64,000 nucleotides of DNA from the NCBI RefSeq assembly GCF_009914755.1, contig NC_060928.1; one strand, 5' to 3'. Of the stretch, positions 13,376 to 30,412 are shown piece after piece. Origin of the DNA: the human T2T-CHM13v2.0 reference genome, Homo sapiens. Both the position numbers and the translations under genes were made by a program. Each line of letters starts with the position of its first letter. The first letter of the stretch is position 1. Below the pieces are notes generated by a model, which saw only the letters and a program-made list of their open reading frames with translations, did no database searches and was not told the origin of the DNA.

Positions 13376-13870
13376 CAAGTTATACAGCAAAGACTGAGGA
13401 TTCAGCCAGGAAATTGAAGAAAAGATATTTACACAGAGAATTGCTCTTAGGTCCTCTCCCCTACCCACTGTCCCACTGGGAGTGAGAAGGGCAGAGGATT
13501 CACTGGGAGAACTTCAGTGGCTTCACTCAGATAATTTAACATGTGTCTTCTGGAATTTGGGGAACATAGTGGAGAGCTGTCTTACCAAACTTTCAGGAAG
13601 CCAAACGGTAAAACAGCTGATTAAAGTGATAAAACCAGTGGAATAGGGGCCAGAGCTGGGAAGTCGACTGCAATCTCACAGAGAGCCACAGAGCCCTGGA
13701 GAGCAAGCAGACTGCACCAGAAAGGTACACAACTGAGCCCACAGGATGAGAGGGAACACAAGGCCCAGGTGAAGGAGAGGCTTTTACTTGTGTCCAGAAA
13801 TTTTCAGAGATCCTCCATGATGGGGGAATCTCCAAGTGCCCATGTGAAAGCCAACCAGCAAGAGAGCCAA

Positions 13871-14604
13871 AATTATACTGAGTCAGGAAAAGTTGAAAGC
13901 ATTCTCCCTGAAAACTGGAACAAGACAAGGATGCCCACTTTCCTCACTTCTATTCAACATGGTTGTGGAGTCCTAGCCAGAGCAATCAGACAAGAGAAAA
14001 AAATAAAGGGCATTTAAGTCAGTAAAGAGGAAGTCAAACTATTGCTGTTCACCAATGGTATAATCCTATACCTAGAAAACCCTAATGATTCATCCAAAAA
14101 CCTCCTCGATCTGATAAAGGAATTCAGTGAAGTTTCGGGATACATAACCAATGTACACAAATCAGTAGCACTGCTATACACTAATAACAACTAAGCTGAG
14201 GATCAAAGCAAGAACTCAATCCCTTTTATAACAACTCTAAAAGAATAAAACAAAATACTTAAGAATATACCTAACCCAGATGGTGAAAGATCTCTACAAG
14301 GAAAACTACAAAACACTGCTAAAAGAAATCATAGACAACACAACCAAATGGAAACACATCCCATGCTTATGGATGGGTAGAATAAATATTGTGAAAGTGA
14401 CCATACTGCCAAAGCAATCTACAAATTCAATGCAATTCCCATCAAAATCCCATCATCATTCTTCACAGAACTAGAAAAAACAATACGAAAATTCATATAG
14501 AACCAAAAAAGAGCCTGCATAGCCAAAGCAAGACTAAGTAAAAAGAACACATCTGGAGGCATCACATTACCTGATTGCAAACTGTACTACAAGGCTATAG
14601 TTAC
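13871..14604 (+). mobile_element. L1 ORF2 (RT region) fragment, L1PB/L1MA-like
   Basis: [15 protein letters not shown] and [15 protein letters not shown]...[17 protein letters not shown] in disrupted frames. Confidence 0.93.
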
Positions 14605-16192
14605 TCATATTCATGTGAGCATTTCTAAAACACTGCAATAAGGTTATAAAGTATATGCATGTTGATATAAATGTTCAGTTTCCAAGTACAAAACAAATGC
14701 AAATGTGCTAATTTTTTTTTTGCTTAGTTTCAGTATTTGCTAAGAAAAGCATAAATCAAAGACAAAGTTCATATGGCATTTAACTCTTGCTTTTGTGTTA
14801 GGACATAAAAACACCTTAATAACGTGATGAAAGTAAGTATCTGACATCCTGGTGTTTATTTCCTTAAGAAATATGTCTGGGGTGGGGGGTGGGGCAAGAG
14901 GGCTGACTAGAAACAGCGGAGTTTGAAGGCGCCCATTGAAAAGAACCATAATAAGCATGTGACTCATTCACCCGCAACATAGGCATCAGGTTGTCTTATC
15001 AGATCTGACTAGGAGGCTGATATGATGCACGGAGAGGAAGGAAGAGCAGTGTGGTGTGGCGGCCCACCCGAGAGCCACACGGGGCAGGAAAGCCCCCACC
15101 CCCCCCCAGCCAAGGGAGGTCCCAGATGGGGAAACAGTGCTTTTTTAACGGAACTGTGCAACCCATGGATTAGAAGATCCCACTTGCGAACTCATGCCAC
15201 CAGGGCCTGGCATCCCAACACCAGAGCCACACAGATTCTCAACAGCCTCTCAGCTGGAATCTGCTTAAGCCTACCAAGCTCCTGCAGGGAGGGGCAACCA
15301 GCACCACAGCTGTAACTGCGTGCTCTGTAAGCAGTTTGAGCTCCTTGGGGGAGGGGCAGCAGCCAGCACTGGGACTCACAGCCGCCTAACATGCTAAGCT
15401 CCCTGGGCGGGGGAAGGGTGGTCTCCATCTCCACAGCTCCTGGTCACTTTTTTCTCCCTGGCTGGAGCCAGGAAGACTAGACAGCTTGGTCCCAAGAGAT
15501 GTGCCCCACAGCCCACCACACTGGCTGTGGCAGACTGTGGCCAGAGTGCCACATCAGGCCTGACCCTGACTCTTCCTTCCTCACTGAGTGGGGATTCCCT
15601 GCAGGAACTCCAATAACTCCAACCAGAGGCTCGGGGACAGAACCCAGATCTCCCTGGGTCTGAGCCCCTAGGGAGAGGGGTGGTCACAGTATCTGCAGAC
15701 CAGTAGACTTAGCCTTTCCTCCTGGTAGTTCTTAGGAACCCAGGCAGCCCAGACAAGTGGGTTTTCCCTGAAGGAAGCATACCCCCTCTACCAGGGACAA
15801 TCAAAGTGTATTCTTAAATGGGTCCTGATCCCTGTGCCACCCAACTGGGTGAGATCCTCCAACGGGTTGTCAGACACCCTGTACAGGAGCAATCCTACTG
15901 GCTTCAGATTGGAGCCCCTTGAGGTCAGAGATCCCAGAAGGAGCAGATATCCATCTTTGCTGTTCTCCTGCCTCCTTGAATGACATCTCCAGGCACAGTA
16001 GCAAACCAGATGAATTGGGCCTGAAGTGAACCCCCAACAAACCACAGCAGCCCTACAGAAGAGGGACCTGACCATTGAAAGAAAAACAAACAAACAGAAA
16101 GTAACAACAACAGCATCAACAACAACAAAAAAGTCCCCACAAAAACCCCATTCAAGGGTGAGCAGCCTCAAAGATTGAAACTAGACAAACTC

Positions 16193-17199
16193 ATGAAGAT
16201 GGCACAGAATCAACAACAAAAAAAAAGTGCTGAAAACCCAAAAGGCCAGAGTGCCTCTTCTCTTGCAGATAATCGCAACATCTTTCCAGCAAGGGCACAA
16301 CACTGGTCAGAGGATGAGATGGATGAATTGACAGAAGTAGGCTTCAGCAGATGGGTAATACAAAAGTACACTAGCTAGCTAACCCAATACAAACAAGCTA
16401 AGAACCTTAACAAAAAGTTACAGGAGCTGCTAACTAGAATCACCAGTTTAGAGAGGAACATAATGACCCAACAGAGCTGGAAAACACAGCACAAGAACTT
16501 TGTGAGGTATACACAATAATAAATAGCCGAATTGGCCAAGTGGAAGAAAGGATATCAGAGTTTGAAGACCACCTTACTGAAATCAGGCATGCTGAAAAGA
16601 TTAGATAGAAAATGATGAAAAGGAATGAACGAAGCCTCCAAGAAATATGGGACCTCGTGAAAAGACCAAACCTATGATTGATTGGAGTACCTGAAGGAGA
16701 TGGGGAGAATGGAAACAAGCTGGAAAACACACTTCAGGATATTATCCAGGAGAACTTCCCCAACCTAGCAAGACAGGCCAACATGCAAATTCAGGAAATA
16801 TAGAGAGCACCACTAAGATGCTCCATGAGAAGATCAATCCCAAGATACATAATTATCAGATGCAGGAAAAAGTGTTAAAGGCAGCCAGAGAGAAAAGCCA
16901 GGTCACCTACGAAGGGAAGCCCATTAGACTAACAGTGGCCCTCTCCGAAGAAACTACAAGTCAGAAGAGATTGGGGGCCAATATTCAACATTCTTAAAGG
17001 AAAGCATTTTCAACCCAGAATTTGATATCCAGCCAAACTAAGCTTCATAAGCGAAGGGGAAATAAAATCCTTTCCAGACAAGCAAATGCTGAGGGATTTT
17101 GTTACCACCAGGGCTGCCTTGCAAAAGCTCCTGAAAGAAGCACTAAATAGGGAAAGAAAAATCTGGTACCAGGCACTGCAAAAACACACCAAAATATAA
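16193..17199 (+). pseudogene. L1 ORF1p remnant (stops, frameshifts)
   Basis: EMDELTEVGF; gaaatatgggac...aagaccaaaccta; gagaacttccccaacctagcaaga; ends aaaatataa. Confidence 0.88.
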
Positions 17200-17259
17200 A
17201 GATCAATGATACTATGAAGAAACTGCATCAACTAGTGTGCAAAATAACCAGATAGCATC

Positions 17260-21386
<4,127 letters not shown>

Positions 21387-22037
21387 ACTATAAGAACACA
21401 TGGACACAGGCAGGGGAACAACACACACCAAGACCTGTTTGGGGTGTGGCGGGCAAGGGGAGGGAACTTAGAGAACGGCTCAATAGGTACAGCAAACCAC
21501 CATGGTACACATATAACTATGTAACAAACCTGCATGTTCTGCACACGTATCCTGGAATTTAAAGTTAAATTTTAAAAAAAAAGAACAAAAAGAAAATAAA
21601 AGGAAAAAACAAAGAAAGAAAAAAGAAATATGTCTAGGGGGTAGGCACTTATTGCATTTGGACTTGTATGACGAATAGAGGTGACAGAAATCTGACTCCA
21701 ATTGGAGAGTCCCAGAACTCTGTAGAGGTGCACCTGGGAGAGGTAAGAAGAGCAAATGCTATCTTTCTTGTGCACAGCCGTTCACAGGACTACCTAGAGT
21801 GTGGCCAAATGGAAAATTGTGCTAATCAGCTGCTTGATTTGTGTCAGACTGGAATCTAACAAGGAATAATTGCTTTGTTGTTTTATTTTTAATATATCGC
21901 CAAATATCAGCTAATCACAAGGTCTAAGTTTCTCTTTTACTATATATCAAGAACTCAAATGATGATTAAATAAGTATAATAAAGAGTTCCAAAGTGTAAA
22001 ATAGCTTCATTATCAAACATTAAACTTTTTATTTTAC

Positions 22038-22063
22038 CTTTGCCCTCATCTCCACTTTTCTGC
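22038..22063 (-). CDS. Weak candidate micro-exon, 26 nt (phase 2->1: QKSGDEGK)
   Basis: Donor AAAG|gtaaaa; weak acceptor tttttaaactaaaatag|; purine-rich body. Confidence 0.2.
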
Positions 22064-23261
22064 CTATTTTAGTTTAAAAATGTCAGTGACAATCTAGTGC
22101 CATTGTTCAAGAAAATTTGAAGGTGGAATCATTCATTTGTGCATTTATGTGCCAAAGTCTGAAAGTCTAAAATTTCTATTATTACAAATAAGCATCAAAG
22201 TATGAGTTAAACAAAAAGTTCACAAAAATCTAGACTGATAATGATAAAACTAAACTAATAGTGATTTATACTGGAAGGAAAAATAAAATGAAAGCAACGA
22301 CATACATGAAGCAGGTTTCAGGATGTACCATGTGAAGTTTGTTCTGTGCAAAACAAAAGTGCTGACTGCCTGTGTCCGCACAAGCACGAGAGCCACTCTG
22401 TAACACTGCCAAGTATCATATGTCAGCAGGACTTCCAAGTACAGTACACTGAGTTGAGTTTTTGGTAAACTCTACAAACAAATTAACTTTGGTTTACACA
22501 TTAAAAATTGTTAATTCTCAATAACTCACATATTATTATACTAACTCTTATTCATGCTCAAAACAAGAAAATACAGAATTTTAGTTTGTTCATCAGCAGA
22601 GAGGACCTGCCTTCATTTTTCAGAAGTTGATATTAGACATACAACTTAATTATTCAAATTCCAATATCCTGTGTTTTTTAATAGAATAACAAATGCATGG
22701 CAATGATCCGTATTATATAAGGCCTCTCTGTGAAGCCATTGATTGATGCTAAACACGCATGTCTAAATTAAGAATTCCGTAAATTTTGCTGCTATGAATA
22801 AAATCTGCATCCTTTTTTGTCTTCTGAGTGAAATCCTTCTGAAGTACCAATTTGAATCACAAACTAAACTTGTTTTTTTGAAAATGTAGTGGATATCTGA
22901 CTAGATTGGGGTAAGGAAGATAACAAGGTGTGAATTAAAATTATGATATGCGTTTTTAAAAGATATGTAAAATTTTATATTTAATTAATTATGCAACTGT
23001 AATATTATTTGACCAATTTAAATAACTTTAAATTTATATTTGAAACATCTTGAAAGGACAGGGGATAGCTTACAAACTTACTGTAAAAGTTTAAGAGATA
23101 AATATGTAATTCGTATTCCCATCTGCTGTATCCAAACTTTCATTTTATCCAATTATTACATCTTTGTTCATAAGTACATATAATTTGCTGAAGTTTTGCT
23201 TTTTTTACTTATATCATTAAAAACCATTATTGAATCTATGTATTCACTTAAAATAGACTAT

Positions 23262-23575
23262 TCTGTGCTATCAGTTAACTCCATGATGTTAGCAGTTTAT
23301 AACCAGAAAGGTTCGCTTCTCACTCACTCTGAATGCCGATTATGGGTTTTTGGGGCCTCTGTTTCAGAGCTTGTCATTTGGAGATCCAGGCTGAGAAAGG
23401 TTGAGCGGAGAGGAGACTGACAACAGCTTCGAAGCTCTGCCTGCAAGTGAAGCACAGAACTGTCACCCACATTTGCTTGGCCACCTAACTTCAAAGGAGC
23501 AAGGAAATGCAATTTTACCACACGCCTGGAAAGGAAGAAGAACATATATGTTTTTAGTAGTACTAATGATTAGAC
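23262..23575 (-). mobile_element. Old MLT1 (J/K-like) LTR
   Basis: ttctcactcactc...ggccacctaacttcaaaggagcaaggaaatgcaattt...cctggaaaggaag. Confidence 0.6.
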
Positions 23576-24086
23576 TGCCTATAATTAAACACTGAATTTT
23601 CTTTTAATCTTTCTACAATCATGCATAGTGCTACGATGAATATTTTCACATAATGTTTCCTGTTATTTCTATAGAACAAATTCCCAATAATGGAATTACT
23701 GGATCAAGAATATGAATATTATAATGACCCAATACATATTACCTATTGCTTTTCAATATTATAGTAAATAAAAATCTTATTCTGCCAGGAGCCACTTGTT
23801 ATTTATCTTGATATCTCCAGTCCTACCAGTGTCCCAGGGTACAGCCAATGAAATCTTCACTAATAAATAAGACATTACATTCTAGCTTATGATTCTGCAC
23901 TTGAATTTTATTTGTCTTGAAATATTATGTCTTTAAATGGAGAAATTTAAATTATTTTAATTGAGAAAAAATATTTTGGAGAGTCATAATTGTTAGAAAT
24001 CTACCATTTTTTATTTACACATCAATTTGCAATGCCAAACACAGATTGTTCATAGAGGAGGCTTGACACAATCTTATTAGTACTAG

Positions 24087-24200
24087 TATATATATACACA
24101 CACACACACACACATATATGTACACATATAACTGAATATATATATGTGCATGTCTGTGTATAGCATTCATACACACATAAAGTATATATTAACATACATG
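24087..24200. repeat. (TA)n/(CA)n low-complexity repeat
   Basis: Read directly from the sequence. Confidence 0.85.
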
Positions 24201-24280
24201 AATGCTGCTATTTTAAGAGCAAGAAAATCATATCTAGATTTACCTAGAATTTCTTTGATAATGACACTTAGGGTTCTTAC

Positions 24281-24300
24281 TTGCATTCAAGAAAAACAGA
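24281..24300 (-). CDS. Candidate micro-exon, 20 nt (SVFLEC in phase 0 or LFFLNA in phase 2)
   Basis: Acceptor tatatttttttcaattacag|, donor GCAA|gtaaga. Confidence 0.3.
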
Positions 24301-25504
24301 CTGTAATTGAAAAAAATATATATTTTGAAAGGAAATTGGGTAGCTTATTAAGTTACTAGGAAGACTGTAAAAAAAAACTTCAAAAAATAAGTGGAAATTC
24401 TTATAGCCAAAACATGCCCATGTGAATATCAGCGTGAGGACTTTGCTCACCCAGACAGATTGCTGTGTCCACTGCATCCCAGACACCACAGTTGGCATAC
24501 ATGCCACTGTTGCCATATGACATGGGTGCATTTGCTTCCTTTATTCCACTCCTGCCTTTGGAAACTGAAAGGTGATGCTATTGCCTCTGCACTGTCTCTT
24601 GGTTCATTTCCTCTAGATGCAAATGTCTAGGTGGGAATAGGTAATGAGCCAAGAATAGGTCAAATGCCCAAAACCTGGCTGCAAGAGGGGAGGACTCGAT
24701 ATCTGGGATTTTCTGCTTGTGTATACAGAGACCAGACCTGTTCCACCAACGTGAATGCAGGGAGGTATTCCCCAGACATAGTCAGGGAGTTCAGAAGCAG
24801 GACAGCATAAATAAATAATTACAAAACTGAAAATAAATATTGACTACAATTAGTCTAATTAGACATTTTCCGCAATTCAATTCATTTTATTCCATTCCAC
24901 ATCCCCCCATTCAAGCACCATTGAGATTGCTCTGTTCATTTTATCTGTCCTTTAAGCTTTAGGGTTTAAAAGTTTTGCTGTTTTGTTTTCTTCATATGAC
25001 GGGATTATTCATTTTAAATTTCCTTTGATGAGTCATATCCTACAGCTTTTAGAGTCTCTGATGCACTTCCCTTTTTACATTTGATTATGTCATTCCCTAA
25101 TGACATAATCAAAATCTATACAGTATATCAAAAAATGTGTTGCCAGTCTTTCAAGACATCTTCTTTCTATGGTTTGAGGGAAGAGAAACATGTAGGTAGT
25201 ATTGCTAGTAAGGCAGTAATGAAGATACACAAAACAACAGGTCGTTGTTCTTAGAAGTTGTCTATTGGAAAAGACAAAAAATATCTCAATACAAACATAC
25301 ATGTAATATAAAAGAAGTGGGTACTGAATATACTGGGCACACAAAAAAGACTATGATCAGTCCTACTTAGGAAAAGTTTGAGAGTGGATAGTTGAGCTAA
25401 ATATTTCCTTTTGTCTGAAGTCTACAATGAATAACAAGGAATAAGCATTTATAAGAAACTTTGCCACACTCATTTCCTTAAGAAAGCCCCTCTAAGATAA
25501 GAAT

Positions 25505-25817
25505 TTTATTTTATTTTAGTTTGGGGGTTTTTTTGAGACAGGGTCTCATTCTGTCACCCACGCTGGAGTGCAGTGGCACAATCTCAGCTCACTGTAGCCT
25601 CCACCTCCTGGTGTTAAAACAATTCTCCTGCCTCAGCCACCCAAGTAGCTAGGATTATGCATGCACCACCTCACCGGGCTATTTTCTGTATTTTTAGTAG
25701 AGATGGGGTTTTGCCATGTTGCCCAGGCTTGACTTGAACTCCTGAGCTCAAGCTATCCACCCACCTCGGCCTCCCAAAATGCTGGGATTACAGATGTGAG
25801 CCACTGCGTCCGGCCTG
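25505..25817 (-). mobile_element. AluJ
   Basis: gagacagggtctcattctgtcaccca...ctcctgagctcaagctatccacccacctcggcctcccaaa. Confidence 0.95.
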
Positions 25818-27347
25818 AGATGTAAATTATATAAAAGAAAAAAATTGTTTAATAAAGAAAACTCAATGAATTTGAGGACATCTCTCCAGCAGGAATTATC
25901 AAATGTTAAACAATTTTCTAACCTTTAGCATAAACCCTTCTAAGGCTAAAGAAAGTCATCTTTAATTTTTTCTGTCGTTGTTGTTTGTTTTTTAATTTTT
26001 AACTTTTCGAGTACTTCATAGGTATAATTTTTATCATTGAAATAATGAGGTTTATTTTCAATACAAATATATCAATACCACACAATTCACCAAAACAATT
26101 GTAAACAAGCTCAAGGTGGAGTGTACAAAAATCTCAAAGTTTCAAAACTAGAGGTGATCTTCCCTATGGCCTCAGGCCAGCCAATTTAAAATATTACCAA
26201 CAACACCCAGATTTTTGGTCCCTTTCTTCTCCACTATCTCCTCATACTTTCTGCCACTTATTACCATTAATAATTACTTTGCAGTACAGTTTGAATTTAA
26301 AAACATTGATCTAATCCAACTGTCTCAATTCTCAGAAGATGAAACTCTAGTTGAGAGACATTAAGTGATTCAAATCTTGGTTGTAAAGTCAAGTCTAAAG
26401 CAAAGATGGTGAGAACTATGAAGGATTGCTCACACTGAGATTAGGTGAAAGTGCAGCGCAGTGTTTACTTAGGAATTTATTTAATTTAGGAAAGTATTTG
26501 TTAGATAAGCAAAATTGTACTCAAAAGTGTGACTCCTTCAAGAAGGTATTCTCAGCTAAACTTTAAAAATTATTCTAAAACTAGAGGTTCCCTGCAATGA
26601 AATGAATCACCTTATATGACAATGAATGCCTATATGTTGGGTGTATCACTGTAGATGATAAAATACAAGGACCAACAGTGCCTTGGAAGCAATCATTACT
26701 TTGAAGTGAAGATTCTTCTGGAAGACTCTAAAGTGAGGAGATGACATCTCCTGACTCCTGGTCAGATGACCATGAAAGAGCTCCATTTCTGCCACTGCCT
26801 AATTCTTTTTTCTGGGGCAAATCACTTACTTGTCTTCACTAGAATATTATGATGATCACTTGAGGTTGTACATATCAATCATAAGAATATTTATACTATA
26901 CTTAACAAATTGAAATTTTTATTTAGTCACCCAACACTCTATCGAATATATTATTATTTACAAATAATTGTTATGAAACTTAAAAGATTTTGAGTGTTTG
27001 TGCCACTGCAAGAATTTAACAATAACAAGAATGACAGCAGAAGGGTCCCTCTTTTCTTTAGAAATGAATTCTTTCTTCCCATCCTTTCTTTAGAAATGAA
27101 TTCTCAGGGCATATATTGAGAGATTCTCTTTCAATCTTTGGAAGTCTGTTGAACTCCCATTCACTGTTGCTAAATTAGTAGTCCAACCTGTGCAGCTAAT
27201 GAATAACACAATAAGGTGATGAAAGGTTTATCATTATCTTTACCTCATTACCCTTATTATTTTGATTTCGTGGAGGTATAGCCTCCAGCACAAATCAGCA
27301 CCACTAAGCACAGCATTCTACTTTGTTGGAAGGGCAGGAATTTATAC

Positions 27348-27370
27348 CTGTGTGTAAATAGGATCCTGTC
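27348..27370 (-). CDS. Weak candidate micro-exon, 23 nt
   Basis: Pyrimidine-rich acceptor ...cccctcctataatttctaaag|, donor ACAG|gtataa; lies ~70 nt downstream (minus strand) of the (TTCC)n tract. Confidence 0.2.
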
Positions 27371-27438
27371 CTTTAGAAATTATAGGAGGGACAGAGCAAG
27401 ATGAGAGATTTTTTTATTCTTTTAAATCCAGAAACATG

Positions 27439-27570
27439 GAAGAGAGAAAGAAAGAGAAAGGAAGGAAGGAAGGAAGGAAGGAAGGAAGGAAGGAAGGAAG
27501 GAAGGAAGGAAGGAAGGAAAGGAGGGAGGGAAGGAAGGAGGGAGGGAGGGAAGCAGGAAGGAAAGGGAAA
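27439..27570. repeat. Polypurine tract with perfect (GGAA)15 at 27460-27519
   Basis: Counted directly. Confidence 0.97.
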
Positions 27571-28454
27571 AGCAAAAAAAAGCATTTAACAAAAGAGAAC
27601 TTGAAGAGGCTTGTTTTTATGAATGTATTAAATTCAATGTTTATTTTTCTCCAGTGTGCAAAAACGGAACCCAGCATGTAAGGATTAGTCAAATTGATTT
27701 GAAGGTACCAATCTTTTTATGAATGATCTTTCAAAGAGAAAACACGGTATGTTCTGGCACCAGGAAGGCATTGCCAGGAAGCATATTTAGCAATTTATTT
27801 TCAAAGTAGGAAATATTCATTAGATCCAAATACCAAGTAGTTTGTAGGACATGTTCATGCACAAACTTGATCCTAACACTGCTGAACATTATCTTTATCT
27901 GATCTTAATTCAGGTGTTGCTTAAAATATTGCCTTTCAGCTTTATCCCTGATAGATATTAGTTCAATATATCAACACAGTGCAATTAAACTTGTTATCTT
28001 GTCCTTTAGGAACACAGAGAAAAACTATAAACAGAAGAAAATCAACAATTTGATTATTTAGTCAATTATAAGCTCTTCCTGTAATATGTAAAATAGATAA
28101 AAACTGCCACTGGTAAAACTAACAATAACAATAAAATATATTACAGTTGCATTTTACAAAAGAAAGGAAGAATTTTATCTTTAAAAAATTCCTAGAATAA
28201 TTAAAACTTAATCTGATTTTTTTTGCTTGAAAAAAGAGTGAGAAAAAAGTGAAAAAAGTAATTTGGATCAATCATACAAAGGAAATATCATGAATCTCAC
28301 TCTTATAAAACATTATGTATATACTCCAGCACAATGATTTATTCATAATTAGTTACCTATTAAAATTAAATTTCTAAAGGTGCGACAAGATTTGTCATCC
28401 TCACTATCACATACCTACATCTTTCCAATGTGTCTTCAACAGAAAACTACATAC

Positions 28455-28522
28455 CTCAAAAATCGAGATCTTAGAATCATGCTTCCTGCTTTGGTAATAC
28501 CCAAAGGCATGATTATCTATTA
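28455..28522 (-). CDS. Candidate coding exon, 68 nt: (V)IDNHAFGYYQSRKHDSKISIFE
   Basis: Acceptor gtgtgttttcttcag|, donor TGAG|gtatgt; open only in phase 1, matching the end of exon 39619-39641. Confidence 0.45.
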
Positions 28523-29104
28523 CTGAAGAAAACACACCCTGTTTTATGTGTTGCTACTGCTAACTTGGGACAGTTTTCTGCTCTGATTTCTTCCACAGTT
28601 ATCAGAGCAAAGATAAGAATCAGATTATGTAGTTTCCAAGGGAAAAAAATAACAGATTTGAATATTGTGGGAAATAGATAACCTGGCTTCCAGGGAAATA
28701 AATATAAAATTGTGTATATTTATATAACTAAGCAATAGTAACACTGGTAACATCAGAACTTTAAAATAATGGCATACTTAATGTGCTTAAAATTTATTTC
28801 CTTCTTTGCACCAATTATCCTATTCCAGAAACTGATAACTATGTACAATATAGACAAGTTCTCACATGATCACAAAGTGAATGCCATGTTAACATATACT
28901 TCCATCAAGTGGTCCTCAAAGGGAATTAAGTGGTCAGGATGCTGAGTGCCTGTAGTTTCACATTGTTCAGAGTGTGCCTTAAAACTTAGTCTTCCAAATG
29001 TATTTTTATCCATCATTTCCTCACTTCATTTCATACTGCCCTTTCTTCCAATTGAAAGCAACATAAAGTAGCAGAGCAGCAACAATGACATAAACTTGCC
29101 CATA

Positions 29105-29790
29105 TCATTCATTGATTCATTCACGCAAAAATACTTAGACTTCGTACTATGTGCTGAACACTGTTCTAAATGCATTGCAATCATTAATGGAAAAAAGCAG
29201 ACAAGGGTTTCTGCCATCATGGAGCTTATATTCTGCAGGAGACTTGCAATAAACAATAAACAAAGATAAATTACAGATAAGTTAGAAAGTTGTAAGTTAT
29301 TGAAGAAAAAAGGATGAAATTAAAAGAGATCAAGAATGCTTGTGGAATGGACACAGTTTGTAATTCCTAATCGTGTGTTTAGGATAGTGTTTTTTAATCC
29401 AGCAGGCACTCAGTACGCAGGTGACATTTAATCAATGAGTCAAAGAAGGTTAGTTATAGTTGATGTGGATTAACTTGTAGGAGAGCATTTCAGACAGAGA
29501 AAACAGCCAGTGCAAAAGCCCTAAGAGGTCGTTGTACAGAATTTGGCTTTTACTATGGGGGAAAGAGGAAATCACTGCAAAGTTTTGAGTAGGAGAGGGA
29601 TATTATCTGCTTTACATTTTTAAATGATCACTTTGGTTGCTGTAATGAGACTCTAGAGGGGAAGTTAGAAGCAAAATGACAAGCTGGACGCTGTTAAGTA
29701 AAGCAGGTGAAACGTAATAATGGCTTAAACTCAGATGGTAGAAGTGGAGATGGTGAGAAATGACTAGATTCCAGGAAATAAGTGGTCATG
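29105..29790 (-). mobile_element. L2 fragment
   Basis: tcattcattgattcattcacgcaaaaatactt...catggagcttatattct...cagtgcaaaagccct...gatcactttggttgctg. Confidence 0.85.
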
Positions 29791-30412
29791 AGAACAAATT
29801 TTAAAGTTGTATTATTTGGAATTCATAAAGAGGGCCCTAATGAACACAAACTGGAGCCTTGAGTTACTGATTCTATTTTTCCGGACAATCGCATGAATGT
29901 TGTTGGAAAAGTCAAAACCAACTTCACTTGTGTGTGGTCAAAAGCTTTAAACATTTTGAATCAAATAGAATTTCTTATCATCAGCATGTGGAATCATTTT
30001 TTATTTTAAGTAATTTCCCAGTAGTTCCTATGTGTCAGGCACAATGATACTGAAGGTATACAAGGACAAATCAGAAGTAGCTGCTGGGAAATGCTTCAGT
30101 AAAGAACAAAAATTATTTAAATAAGCAAGAGAAATAGAGTGATGTTATTCTGGTGCTAGAAGTTTGAAGAGGGTACTTTAGAAAACAAAGAGGAGCAGGA
30201 TGGTTAGTGATAGAGGGGGAAGGTGTAAAGGGGAATTTAAGAAGAATTCTTTGGGTATGATACCCTTGAAAAGAGTCTTAAAATGTGAATAATATTCTCC
30301 ACAATGATTGGTGTATTTGGGAAGGAAAAAGGAATGTAAACACAACACAGATACATGATCTGGAAGGTACTTTGAAACAAGTGTAGGTAGCTTGGTGATT
30401 GAAGCATAGAAT

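Noticed and set aside
13586-13616. 31-nt minus-strand segment with GTAAGA donor
   Set aside because: Cannot exit in phase 1 without a stop; probably lies in old repeat-derived sequence.
15022-16171. ORFs on both strands in a GC-richer region; possible CpG island or L1 ORF0
   Set aside because: This is the L1 5'UTR, CpG-depleted; no recognisable intact ORF0 in this old subfamily.
27049-27104. Short direct repeats (ttagaaatgaattct x2; also 39838-39862 and 41930-41968)
   Set aside because: Ordinary slippage-type micro-duplications in AT-rich DNA; no array structure.
27373-27692. Four overlapping ORFs (RKEG/PSFL repeats)
   Set aside because: Translations of the (GGAA)n microsatellite.
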